From NCBI GenBank assembly GCA_043744795.1, contig JAYTTY010000234.1:993-64992 (forward strand): a stretch of DNA of 64,000 nucleotides. Direction: 5' to 3'. This document shows positions 9,318-18,150 of this stretch, piece by piece. The translations under genes and the position numbers were made by a program. This stretch comes from Zavarzinella sp. Its GTDB lineage: Bacteria; Planctomycetota; Planctomycetia; Gemmatales; Gemmataceae. Position 1 is the stretch's first letter. Each line of letters starts with the position of its first letter. Below the pieces are notes generated by a model. It was not told the DNA's origin. It saw only the letters and a list, made by a program, of their open reading frames with translations, and did not search any database.

Positions 9318-10634
9318 TTACCATCTTGGTTTGAAGGATTCGTCCTTGGGCCGTTGGGCGAGCAGCCCGGCGGCAATCTTGCTCAAACAGCGGCACGCGC
9401 CCCGGTACGCGGTGACGTAGTCCCCGTCTTGGCCGGCCTTGCCGGCCACTTCCATCTGGGATTTGAAGTTGACCCAATCGACTTTCGCGCCCTTCGCCTC
9501 GGCGTGTTCCTTCAATTGTTTCGCGAAATTCATGGCCCGTGAGACGGCCCCCGCGTCGATGCGCACCGGGTATTGCCGGTACACGCTCGCCCGCGTGGGG
9601 GCCTCTTCCGGGACGGCCGGCTTGCCTTGCTCGCGGCGGTGCCGGGCCACCAAGCCAACCATCCCCCCGATGATCGCCATCATCGACCCGGCAAAGAGCG
9701 GGTAGCCGATGCTCTGCAAGCCGCTGACCATGCACGCGATGAATCCGACGGCTAGTAACAGCCCGAGCATCAGCACACTGATGGGCCACGGGACCAAGCG
9801 GTTGTAATTGGCCACGAGCTTGCCCGCGCCGTTGAAGAACGACGCGCCGGGCGCGGCCTTGCCGACCAGCGAATCCCGGGCCGAGCCGACGCGGACGAGG
9901 ATCACGGTGATGTTGTCCGGCCCGCCGCGCAGGTTGGCGAGATCGATCAGGAACTTGGCCGCCTCCTCCAACGGCATCACGCCGATCACCGCCCCAATTT
10001 CCTCGGGCGGGACCATGTTGCTCAGGCCGTCGCTGCACAAGACGAACGTATCCCCGTCCTCCAACGGGTATGGACCTTCGATGTCGACCTGCACTAAGGG
10101 GTCCGGCCCGAGCGAGCGGACGATCACGTTTTTCTTGATGTCCCCGAGTTCCTCGGGCGGAATGCCGAGCCGCTTGGCCATCTCCCAGGCGTAGCTGTGG
10201 TCGTAGGTGAGTTGCTGGACATGGTTCTGTCGGACGCGGTAGGCCCGGCTGTCCCCGACGTGGGCGACCCACGCGCCTTCTTCGCGGATCACCAAGCCGG
10301 TCGCCGTCGTGCCCAGACCCTTGAACTCCGGGTTGGACGTGCCGATGGCGTGGATGCCGGCGTTGGCCTCCTGGAACGCCAGGCGCAACGCGGCGGCCGG
10401 GCCGTCCCGGACGTGTTTCACGTAGGTGAGGGGGATTTCTTGGACGGCCCTCGCGGAGGCCTTCTCGCCGACCGCGTGGCCCCCCATGCCGTCGGCCACG
10501 ATGAACAGGTGGCCGACTTCCTGCCAGTGTTCCTGGTCGGTGGCCTTCTGCACGAAGAAATTGTCTTGGTTGTGGCTCCGCTTCGAGCCGACGTCCGTCT
10601 GCCCGGCGTGTTCGATCGACTTGAAGAAGGGCAC
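9318..10634 (-). CDS. PP2C/PPM-family Ser/Thr protein phosphatase with two TM helices and a C-terminal domain
   Basis: TDVGSKRSHNQD, VADGMGGH, LGTTATG, HVGDSRAY, LCSDGL, GGPDNIT motifs. Confidence 0.93.
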   Translation of the reverse strand: MPFFKSIEHAGQTDVGSKRSHNQDNFFVQKATDQEHWQEVGHLFIVADGMGGHAVGEKASARAVQEIPLTYVKHVRDGPAAALRLAFQEANAGIHAIGTSNPEFKGLGTTATGLVIREEGAWVAHVGDSRAYRVRQNHVQQLTYDHSYAWEMAKRLGIPPEELGDIKKNVIVRSLGPDPLVQVDIEGPYPLEDGDTFVLCSDGLSNMVPPEEIGAVIGVMPLEEAAKFLIDLANLRGGPDNITVILVRVGSARDSLVGKAAPGASFFNGAGKLVANYNRLVPWPISVLMLGLLLAVGFIACMVSGLQSIGYPLFAGSMMAIIGGMVGLVARHRREQGKPAVPEEAPTRASVYRQYPVRIDAGAVSRAMNFAKQLKEHAEAKGAKVDWVNFKSQMEVAGKAGQDGDYVTAYRGACRCLSKIAAGLLAQRPKDESFKPRW

Positions 10635-10765
10635 GACTCCCCCTCCTTCACGGGTGGGACGAGATCAATCCATCCATGATAAGCATCGGACGGGCGGAAA
10701 GAACAGTCAAGAACCCGTCGGCCTTTTCCGGGCCAGTTGCCGGCCCGCCCACCGCTGTAACCCCA

Positions 10766-11302
10766 TCACGAGCCTTTCGGCCGGAAGGCTTTCACGACGG
10801 CCTCGTCCGTCGTCAGGTACGGCCCGCCGATCAGATCGACGCAGTACGGGATCGCCGGGAACACCGCCATCAGGCAGTCGCGGATGGCGCTCGGCTTGCC
10901 GGGCAGGTTCACGATCAGCGATTGCCCGCGGATGCCGGCCACCTGTCGGGACAGGATTGCCGTCGGGACCACGTTCAGCGAGACGGCCCGCATTTGTTCC
11001 CCGAAGCCGTCGAGCATTTTTTCGCAGACGGCCACGGTCGCCTCCGGCGTCACGTCCCGTTTCGCCGGGCCGGTGCCGCCGGTGGTCACGATTAAACAAC
11101 AATGTTCCGTGTCGGCCAATTCTCGCAGCGTCGCCTCAATCAGCGGTTGCTCGTCCGGGATAATTTTGGTGACTGCCTCCCACGGGCCGGTCAAGATTTC
11201 CGTGAGGCAGGCGTGAATCGCCGGGCCGCCGCGGTCCTCGTACACGCCCTGGCTGGCCCGGTCGGACACGGTGACGACGCCGATGCGAATGGGAGACGAC
11301 AC
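10766..11302 (-). CDS. mog: Molybdopterin adenylyltransferase
   Basis: IGVVTVSDRASQGVYED, TTGGTGPAKRDVTPEAT, VPTAILSRQVAGIRG, NLPGKP; GTG start at 11302. Confidence 0.93.
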   Translation of the reverse strand: MSSPIRIGVVTVSDRASQGVYEDRGGPAIHACLTEILTGPWEAVTKIIPDEQPLIEATLRELADTEHCCLIVTTGGTGPAKRDVTPEATVAVCEKMLDGFGEQMRAVSLNVVPTAILSRQVAGIRGQSLIVNLPGKPSAIRDCLMAVFPAIPYCVDLIGGPYLTTDEAVVKAFRPKGS

Positions 11303-11378
11303 GCCCGGACCCCCGCGGTGATGGTTCACGACCCGCCCGCGTGATAGTCTATCGAGACCGCTTTCCCCCGGGGAACTC

Positions 11379-12575
11379 ATGCGCACCACGTTCACCTTCC
11401 GCTCGGCCGGGAATCTTTTGTTCGGCCGCCACGCCGTCCGCGAACTCGGCCCGATCCTCGACCGCCTGAACGCCAAGCGGGTCTTCGTCCTGACGGACAA
11501 GATCCTCGTGAATGTCGGCATCGTGGCCCAAGTCTTGGAGGCCGCCGGGCGAGAAGCCGAGGTGTTCGACGGCGGGGAGCCGGAGCCGTCGCTGGCGATG
11601 GTGCAAACTGGGATCGCGGCGGCGCGCGCCTTCCGGCCGGACTGCATCATCGGCCTCGGCGGCGGCAGCAACATGGACGCGGCGAAACTCGCGGCCATCG
11701 TGCTGGGCCACGGCGGCGGGCCGTTGGATTACGTCGGGGAAAACAAAGTTCCCGGCCCCATCATGCCGCTGGTGTGCATCCCCACGACGGCCGGCACGGG
11801 CAGCGAAGTGTCCCAAGCGGCCGTCTTCACGAATACCGAGATCCAATTAAAGGTCAGTTGCCTGAGCTACTATCTCCGGCCGGCCGCCGCCGTCGTTGAC
11901 CCGCTGCTGACCGTGAGCTGCCCGCCGAAAGTGACCGCCGACAGCGGCATCGACGCGCTCACGCACGCCATCGAGGCATACACCGCCGTGGACAACGCGA
12001 CGTACCCGCTGCCGCCGGGCGAAACGTCCGTGTACCAGGGGAAGAATTTCTTTGCCGACATGTGCGCCGAAAAGGCCATCGTCCTCACGGGACAATTCTT
12101 GCGGCGGGCCGTCACGGACCCGACCGACTTGGCCGCCCGCGACGGCATGGCGATGGCCGCGACGCTGGGCGGGCTGGCGTTCGGCAACGCCGGCGTGGCC
12201 CTCGTCCACGCCATGGAGTACCCGGTCGGGGCGGCCGTGCATTGTTCGCACGGGCAGGGCAACGGCTTGCTGTTGCCGTATGTGATGCGCTACAACATGC
12301 CGCACCGGATGGCGGCGTACCACGAAATCGCCCATTTCTTGGGCGTGAACACCGCGGGGATGACCGAAGCGGAAGGGGCCGACTCGGCCGTCGTGGCCGT
12401 CGAAGACTTGAAGCGGGACATCGGCATTCCGGGACGGCTCCGCGAGATCGGCGTGACGGAAGAACAACTCAAACCCTTCGCCGAGAAAGCCTTCTCCGCG
12501 AAGCGGCTGATGCGCGTGAACCCGCGCTACCCCACGGTTGAAGAGATCGAAGAAGTGTTCCGGGCGGCGTGGTGA
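11379..12575 (+). CDS. Iron-containing alcohol dehydrogenase family protein
   Basis: GLGGGSNMDAAK, IPTTAGTGSEV, DALTHAIE, HAMEY, HGQGN motifs. Confidence 0.92.
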   Translation: MRTTFTFRSAGNLLFGRHAVRELGPILDRLNAKRVFVLTDKILVNVGIVAQVLEAAGREAEVFDGGEPEPSLAMVQTGIAAARAFRPDCIIGLGGGSNMDAAKLAAIVLGHGGGPLDYVGENKVPGPIMPLVCIPTTAGTGSEVSQAAVFTNTEIQLKVSCLSYYLRPAAAVVDPLLTVSCPPKVTADSGIDALTHAIEAYTAVDNATYPLPPGETSVYQGKNFFADMCAEKAIVLTGQFLRRAVTDPTDLAARDGMAMAATLGGLAFGNAGVALVHAMEYPVGAAVHCSHGQGNGLLLPYVMRYNMPHRMAAYHEIAHFLGVNTAGMTEAEGADSAVVAVEDLKRDIGIPGRLREIGVTEEQLKPFAEKAFSAKRLMRVNPRYPTVEEIEEVFRAAW

Positions 12576-12691
12576 CGAAAACAGCCCTCTCGCCGTCGCC
12601 GTTTCACTGCCGCGAGGCGGTGCGAATCGACTCGGAAAATGCTGAGAGAGGGGATCAGTAACTCGACAGGGAGTAGGCCGGTTGCGGAGGA

Positions 12692-12934
12692 CCATCGTCG
12701 CTTTTCGCTCCGCGAAAAGTCCGACTTCCTGCCCGGGAGGCCGGTCACCCCCGGGCGAAGGCCAGACTTTTCGCGGAGCGAAAAGCGACGATGGGTCTGC
12801 CGGTGGGGCGAACGGCGCCTTGGTTCGGGGCCGTTATCGTCGCTTTTCGCTCCGCGAAAAGTCTGACCTCCTGCCCGTGAGGCCAGCCACCCCCGGGCGA
12901 AGGCCAGTCTTTTCGCGGAGCGAAAAGCGACGAT
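12692..12934. repeat. Two tandem ~100-bp REPIN-like units, each an inverted pair of CTTTTCGCTCCGCGAAAAG hairpins
   Basis: Unit 1 spans 12692-12794 (30-bp perfect arms) and unit 2 spans 12836-12934; internal spacers are related. Confidence 0.9.
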
Positions 12935-12988
12935 GCCCACGCCCCGGTCATTGCTTCCGCACGCACTTTACCTTTCAGAGACTTTGAA

Positions 12989-14374
12989 ATGATGCGTTCG
13001 CTGCTCATTGTCCTCACTTTATCCGCCGCCACTTGCGCCGAGGAAAAACCGCTTACCCGCATTGCCTTCGGGTCGTGCGCGGACCAAGACCGGCCGTTGC
13101 CCATCTTCGACAAGATCGCCGACTTGAAGCCGGAACTGTACATCGCGCTCGGGGACAACATCTACGCGGACTTGAAGCCCGAGAAAGGGCTGACGGAGAT
13201 GGAGTCCATGAAGGTGAAGTACCAGAAATTGGCGGCCGTGCCGGGCTGGGCGAAACTCGTCAAGACGTGCCCCATGATGACCGTGTGGGACGACCACGAC
13301 TACGGCAAGAACGACGCGGGCGTGGAGTACAAGCACAAGGACGAGTCTCAAGTTCTCTTCCTCGACTTCTTCACCGTCCCGAAGGACGACCCGCGCCGGA
13401 CGCAAAAAGGGGTCTACCACGCGAAGACGTTCGGCCCCGAGGGCAAGCGGGTGCAGGTGATTCTGCTCGACACCCGGTACTTCCGCACCAAGTTGAAGAA
13501 AGCGGCGGCGCCATTGCCGGGGACGCGCATCGTGCCGTACCTGCCGAACACGGACGCGGACGCCACGTTTCTCGGCGAAGAGCAATGGAAATGGCTGGGG
13601 GCCAAGTTAAAGGAACCGGCCGAGGTCCGGCTGCTCGGGTCCAGCATCCAAGTGGTGTCGGAGGACCACCCGTTCGAGAAGTGGACCAACATCCCGGCCG
13701 AGCGGGACCGGCTGTACAAGGCGATCCGCGACGCCAACGCCGGCGGGGTGATCGTCCTCAGCGGGGATCGGCACTTGGCCGAGATTTCGATGGCCCCCAA
13801 GGCGGTCGGCTACCCGCTGTTCGACATTACTTCCAGCGGCTTCAATCAAGGCTTTCAGGGTTGGCGGCCCGTGCAGAAGAACACGCACTTGGTGGCCGCG
13901 ATGCATCACGGCAACAACTTCGGCTGGGTCGCCATCGATTGGGCCGCCGCCATTCCGAAGATTTCCCTACAAGTGCGGGACGAGGAGGGGGAAATCGCCG
14001 TCAAGGAGACCGTCCCGCTCGGCCAATTAAAGCCCGGCGCCGCGGTGGCCGAGTTGCCCGTGAAGCCGGGGGAGGGGGCGATTTCGCCGCGTGACGCGCT
14101 GAAAAGGAAGGGAGAAATGGTCGTGGTCGAAATGAAGGTGCAGGCGGCCGGTTCCTCGAAGTCGCGCATCTTCCTGAACTCGGAAAAGGACCGCAAGGAC
14201 GACCTCAATTTCACCGTCGTCGTCAACGCCAAGGCGCTAACCGGCAAGCTGGAAAAGGCCACCAAAGAGACGTTCGCCAACAAGACCATCCGCGTGACCG
14301 GGACGGTCACCGAGTTCAACGGCACACTCCAGATCGTGGTGGACGAGGAAAAACAGGTAGAAATACTCGAGTAA
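12989..14374 (+). CDS. Alkaline phosphatase D (PhoD) family protein with C-terminal OB-fold-like domain
   Basis: Signal peptide; IAFGSC, LGDNIYAD, WDDHDYG, LLDTRYFR, LGEEQWKWL, SGDRH motifs; extra ~100 aa beta-rich C-terminus. Confidence 0.9.
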   Translation: MMRSLLIVLTLSAATCAEEKPLTRIAFGSCADQDRPLPIFDKIADLKPELYIALGDNIYADLKPEKGLTEMESMKVKYQKLAAVPGWAKLVKTCPMMTVWDDHDYGKNDAGVEYKHKDESQVLFLDFFTVPKDDPRRTQKGVYHAKTFGPEGKRVQVILLDTRYFRTKLKKAAAPLPGTRIVPYLPNTDADATFLGEEQWKWLGAKLKEPAEVRLLGSSIQVVSEDHPFEKWTNIPAERDRLYKAIRDANAGGVIVLSGDRHLAEISMAPKAVGYPLFDITSSGFNQGFQGWRPVQKNTHLVAAMHHGNNFGWVAIDWAAAIPKISLQVRDEEGEIAVKETVPLGQLKPGAAVAELPVKPGEGAISPRDALKRKGEMVVVEMKVQAAGSSKSRIFLNSEKDRKDDLNFTVVVNAKALTGKLEKATKETFANKTIRVTGTVTEFNGTLQIVVDEEKQVEILE

Positions 14375-14408
14375 TTGGGCAAGCCGGGCCGCCGCCAACG
14401 TCCTCCCC

Positions 14409-14437
14409 TTGTAGCCGTTGCATCTTTGAGAGATAAT
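14409..14437 (+). promoter_or_regulatory. Possible sigma70-type promoter
   Basis: TTGTAG-17 nt-GATAAT, 35 bp upstream of ATG 14473. Confidence 0.3.
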
Positions 14438-14472
14438 CCGACCATCAGGACGGCTCGAACAGGACGGGGACC

Positions 14473-15549
14473 ATGACGAGAATCTTGCTGGCCGCCGCGC
14501 TGGCCGTGATGCTGGCCCCGGCCGCGTCCAACGCCCAGTTCTACGCCTACAACGTCCAGAATTCGCCGTTCGGCTCCTCGTACACGTACCGGGCGCAGGT
14601 CGGCCCGTACTCCTACGCGGTGCAAAATACCCCCTACGGCAGTTCATACGCCTACCGCGTCCAGAACGGCCCGTACTCGTACGCGGTCCAAGGGTTCCGC
14701 CCGAATCCGGGCGTCTTCCCGTATTGGGGCAACCCGTACACGAACTACGGGAATTACCCGTACCCGGTGAATCAATCGCCGCCCCAGGTGATTGTGCAGC
14801 AGCCGATCATCATTCAGCAGATCGCCCCGGTCGTCGCCCCCATTAACAACGGGAACAATATCCCGGCGGGGAACATTCCCGCGGCCGGCAACGGGTTCGG
14901 CTTCGGCGGCGGGAACAACATGATCCCCCCGAAACGGTTCGGTGACGGTTTGGCCATCCCGCCGGACGTGAAGCCGGCGGCCAAGAATGACGCGGTCGTC
15001 GAGGCGCCCAAAGTCTTCCCGCCGCCGGCTCCCGCGGCGCGGATTCCGGCGGCCGCCCCCAAGGCCGAGATGCCGCGAGTCGCCGCCCGACCGGCGGGAA
15101 TTGAACTGGCCCGCAAGGCCGTGGAGGCCGGGCAAGCGGCCTTCGCGGACGGCGAGTACGGCCGGGCCTTGGAGTTCTTCCGCAAGGCCGTCGATCAAAA
15201 TCCGAACGACCCGACGAGCTACTACTTGCTCGCCCAGGCGCAGTTCGCCGTCGGCAAGTACCGCGAAGCCGTGGCGAGCATTGCCGCGGGCATGACGTTC
15301 AAGGGGGATTGGTCGTCCGAGAAGTTTCAGCCGCGTGGCTTGTACGGCAAGAGTCCGGAAACGTTCGACGCCCACATGAACTTGTTGAAGGCTACCGTCG
15401 TGCAGTTTCCGGACGACGCGGGCCTGAGCTTCCTGTTGGGCCACCAATTGTGGTTCGACGACAAGCCGGACCAAGCCAAGCCTCATTTGCTGACGGCGAA
15501 GGCCGCCGGCCGCGGCGCCAGCCCGGCCGATTTGTTCATCATCCCGTGA
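14473..15549 (+). CDS. Secreted protein with Tyr/Gln-rich N-terminal repeats and C-terminal TPR domain
   Basis: Signal peptide, 22-aa repeats, Pro/Asn-rich linker, TPRs (GEYGRALEFFRKAVDQNP, YYLLAQAQFAVGKY). Confidence 0.8.
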   Translation: MTRILLAAALAVMLAPAASNAQFYAYNVQNSPFGSSYTYRAQVGPYSYAVQNTPYGSSYAYRVQNGPYSYAVQGFRPNPGVFPYWGNPYTNYGNYPYPVNQSPPQVIVQQPIIIQQIAPVVAPINNGNNIPAGNIPAAGNGFGFGGGNNMIPPKRFGDGLAIPPDVKPAAKNDAVVEAPKVFPPPAPAARIPAAAPKAEMPRVAARPAGIELARKAVEAGQAAFADGEYGRALEFFRKAVDQNPNDPTSYYLLAQAQFAVGKYREAVASIAAGMTFKGDWSSEKFQPRGLYGKSPETFDAHMNLLKATVVQFPDDAGLSFLLGHQLWFDDKPDQAKPHLLTAKAAGRGASPADLFIIP

Positions 15550-16378
15550 CCGCGATGGCCGATGGCAAGCCGGACTCGAAAGACGGAAACAGGAACTCCG
15601 GGGCGTAAGCGTCCCGAAGTTTTTTGTTGGCCACGCGGCGATTCGTGACGTCGCGTGTCACGTCTGTTTGCGGTCCAAACGTCGCCGGCGGGGCGGCCAG
15701 CAAGGCCGCCGTCCGCGTGTACAAGTTCCGGCGGGTGACGGGGCTGCCGTCGGAGACGTTGTAAACGTCGCCAGGTTCGGGTCGGTCGGTCACGGCGTCA
15801 ATGACGGCCGCCCCGTCTTCGACGTGGACCAGGTTCAGCCACTTCTCCGGGTCGGCCGCCAGCGGTTCCCCGCGCTCGATGGCCGCCCGCCGGATGACAC
15901 GCCCCGGCCCGTAGATGCCCGCGAACCGCAGGATCACGGCGGCCGGCTGCCGGGCGTGCAACAACTGCTCGCATTCCAAAAGCAGCTTGCCGCCCTCTTC
16001 CAGCGGCTCGGTCGGCGATGTCTCATCGACCCATTCGCCGGCCGTTTGGCCGTAGACGCTGCTGGAACTCACGTAGGCGAACGGCCCGTTTTGCGGCAAG
16101 CGGTCCAGCACATTCCCCAATCCGGTCAGGTAAACGTCCCGCATCGACTTGCCGGCCGTGCGGTCCATGCCGACGGCGTAGAGGACTCGGGTCACGGCAG
16201 GAAAAACCAGCGACGGCGGGTCGGTGACATCGCCCGGAATTGGGACGACGCCGAGGGCGGCCAACTCGGTCGAGTGGGATCGCGTGAGGGCGAACACGCG
16301 GAAACCGCGGGCCAGCCACCGGCGGGCGACGACGCGGCCCAAGTACCCGCACCCGACGATGAGCGTTGATTCGGGCAC
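15539..16378 (-). CDS. NAD-dependent epimerase/dehydratase (atypical SDR)
   Basis: IVGCGYLG Rossmann motif, YVSSSSVYG, LRFAGIYGPGR, VHVEDGA. Confidence 0.9.
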   Translation of the reverse strand: MPESTLIVGCGYLGRVVARRWLARGFRVFALTRSHSTELAALGVVPIPGDVTDPPSLVFPAVTRVLYAVGMDRTAGKSMRDVYLTGLGNVLDRLPQNGPFAYVSSSSVYGQTAGEWVDETSPTEPLEEGGKLLLECEQLLHARQPAAVILRFAGIYGPGRVIRRAAIERGEPLAADPEKWLNLVHVEDGAAVIDAVTDRPEPGDVYNVSDGSPVTRRNLYTRTAALLAAPPATFGPQTDVTRDVTNRRVANKKLRDAYAPEFLFPSFESGLPSAIAVTG

Positions 16379-16379
16379 G

Positions 16380-17063
16380 TCAGACTCCCGCGAGCGGGAG
16401 GCAAAGCGTGAACTTCGAGCCGCGGCCCGGCTCGCTCTGCACGGTGATGTCGCCGCCGTGGGCGCGCAGGATTTTGCGGCTGGTGGCCAGCCCCAAGCCT
16501 GTGCCGCCGGGTTTCGTGGTGTGGAACGGCCGGAAGAGTATCGCCATCGTCGGCGCGTCGATGCCGGCGCCGGTGTCGATCACGTCCACGCAGGCGTTTG
16601 CCCCGTCCCGCCGACTTTGCAACACGATCTCCCCCCCGTCCGGCATCGCCTGCTCTGCGTTCAGCAATAAGTTCAGGATCGCTTGTTTGAAAAGTTCGCG
16701 GTCCATCGGGATCGGCGGCAGTTCGGGGTCCGGGTAACTGCGGAGGGAGATGTTCGCGGCGCGCATGGTCGGGCCGACGAAGTCGGTCATGTCGTCCAGC
16801 ACGTCCGCCATGTTCTCCGGCTTCTTGGTGACTTGGCGGGCGCGGGCGAACCGCAGAAAGTCGTTGGACACGTCCACCAATTTTTGCGCCTGTTGGCTCA
16901 GGCGGTCGATCCGCTGCTTGGCCTTCCGCTCGCGCGGGGTCTGCGGGGCCGCGAAGTCGTCGGCCAGCAGTTGCAGGTTCAAGTTGAACGTGCTGAGGTG
17001 GTTCTTCACCTCGTGGATGAAGCCCCCGGCCAGTTCGGCGATCTCGGCGTCTTGGTCCGGCAT
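16380..17063 (-). CDS. Histidine kinase with HisKA and HATPase domains only, no sensor
   Basis: H-box FIHEVKNHL, N-box NLLLNAEQA, G1 DTGAGID, F box, G2 GTGLGL. Start set at 17063 by a TAATG overlap with the upstream gene. Confidence 0.9.
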   Translation of the reverse strand: MPDQDAEIAELAGGFIHEVKNHLSTFNLNLQLLADDFAAPQTPRERKAKQRIDRLSQQAQKLVDVSNDFLRFARARQVTKKPENMADVLDDMTDFVGPTMRAANISLRSYPDPELPPIPMDRELFKQAILNLLLNAEQAMPDGGEIVLQSRRDGANACVDVIDTGAGIDAPTMAILFRPFHTTKPGGTGLGLATSRKILRAHGGDITVQSEPGRGSKFTLCLPLAGV

Positions 17064-17953
17064 TACTTCCGCCACCGGCTCCACGCCAGGCCCACCGAGT
17101 CTGCTTGGAACGTGACGAGACGCTGGTTCGTCACGTCACAGACGTACACGGTCTTCCCGTCCGGGCCGCCGAAGCAAAGATTGCTGACTTGCTTGCCCAA
17201 TACGTCCCACTCTTTCAGGACTTCCCCCTTCGGGGAGAGTTTGACGACCGTCCCCTTGCCGTACCGGGTGATGTACAAGTTGCCGTCGGCGTCGCTTCGC
17301 ATGCCGTCGAAGCCGAAATCGTCGAACTTCTTGAGCAGCTTTTTCTCGCCCAGCGTGCCGTCTTCCTTCACCGGGAAGGCCCACACGTTGCGCTGCACGC
17401 TTTCGTTCACATACAGCGTCTTGCCGTCCGGGCTGAGGTCAATGCCGTTCGTCGTGCCCAGCTTGTCCGCCAGGAGCGTCGCCTTGCCGGCCGTGGAGAT
17501 CTTCCACAGTTGGCCGGTGCCGGCCTCCCAGTTGGGGTCGCTGGCGTACAGCGTGCCGTCCGCGGCGATGGCCAGGTCGTTCGGCTGGCTCATTTTCGGC
17601 TCGTGCGCGAAGACGGTCACCTTCTTCGTCGTCGGGTCGATCTTCAGCACGTTATGCTCGACGTAGTCGGCGACGTACATCATGCCGGCCTTGTCGAAGA
17701 CGATGCCGTTGCCGGTGCTCTTGTTGGGCAACTTGACCCACACCTCGGCCTTGCCGTCGGGCGTGACTTTGCCGATGGTCTGCTGCTCGGCGAAGTTGAC
17801 GACGAACACGTTCCCGGCCGCGTCGCACCCCGGCCCCTCAATCCCCGGCGTAAATCCTTTCTCCGGCGTGAACGGCACGGCTTTCGGCAGCGGTTCTGCC
17901 CAAACCGCCCCCACAAGGGCGAAGACACACGCTAAACTGGAGAAAGTTTTCAT
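17063..17953 (-). CDS. SMP-30/gluconolactonase/LRE family protein, secreted
   Basis: Signal peptide; EGP, PNDL, TNGIDLSPDGKTLYV, FDGMRSDADGNLY, SNLCFGGPDGKTVYV. Confidence 0.92.
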   Translation of the reverse strand: MKTFSSLACVFALVGAVWAEPLPKAVPFTPEKGFTPGIEGPGCDAAGNVFVVNFAEQQTIGKVTPDGKAEVWVKLPNKSTGNGIVFDKAGMMYVADYVEHNVLKIDPTTKKVTVFAHEPKMSQPNDLAIAADGTLYASDPNWEAGTGQLWKISTAGKATLLADKLGTTNGIDLSPDGKTLYVNESVQRNVWAFPVKEDGTLGEKKLLKKFDDFGFDGMRSDADGNLYITRYGKGTVVKLSPKGEVLKEWDVLGKQVSNLCFGGPDGKTVYVCDVTNQRLVTFQADSVGLAWSRWRK

Positions 17954-18150
17954 CCGGCGTTCCCCTGGCAAGGCACGGCGGCTCGGCAAGCGTGGCAATG
18001 ATCCCCGGCCGTCGAATGGCCGATTATCCGGGTTCTCACGGAATTGCTCAGGTTTGCCGGCCGGGCGCATGATAATCCTAACAACGGTTCGTTCTATGCC
18101 GCCGAGACGCTGATCGGCACGGGGAAATGGACGAACTGGAGCATTCAGGC

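Noticed and set aside
10413-10428. Second parS-like sequence TGTTTCACGTAGGTGA
   Set aside because: Only a half-site, and it lies inside the phosphatase coding sequence
12692-12934. Possible mini-CRISPR array
   Set aside because: The repeats alternate in orientation, the spacers are homologous to each other, and no cas genes are present; REPIN fits better
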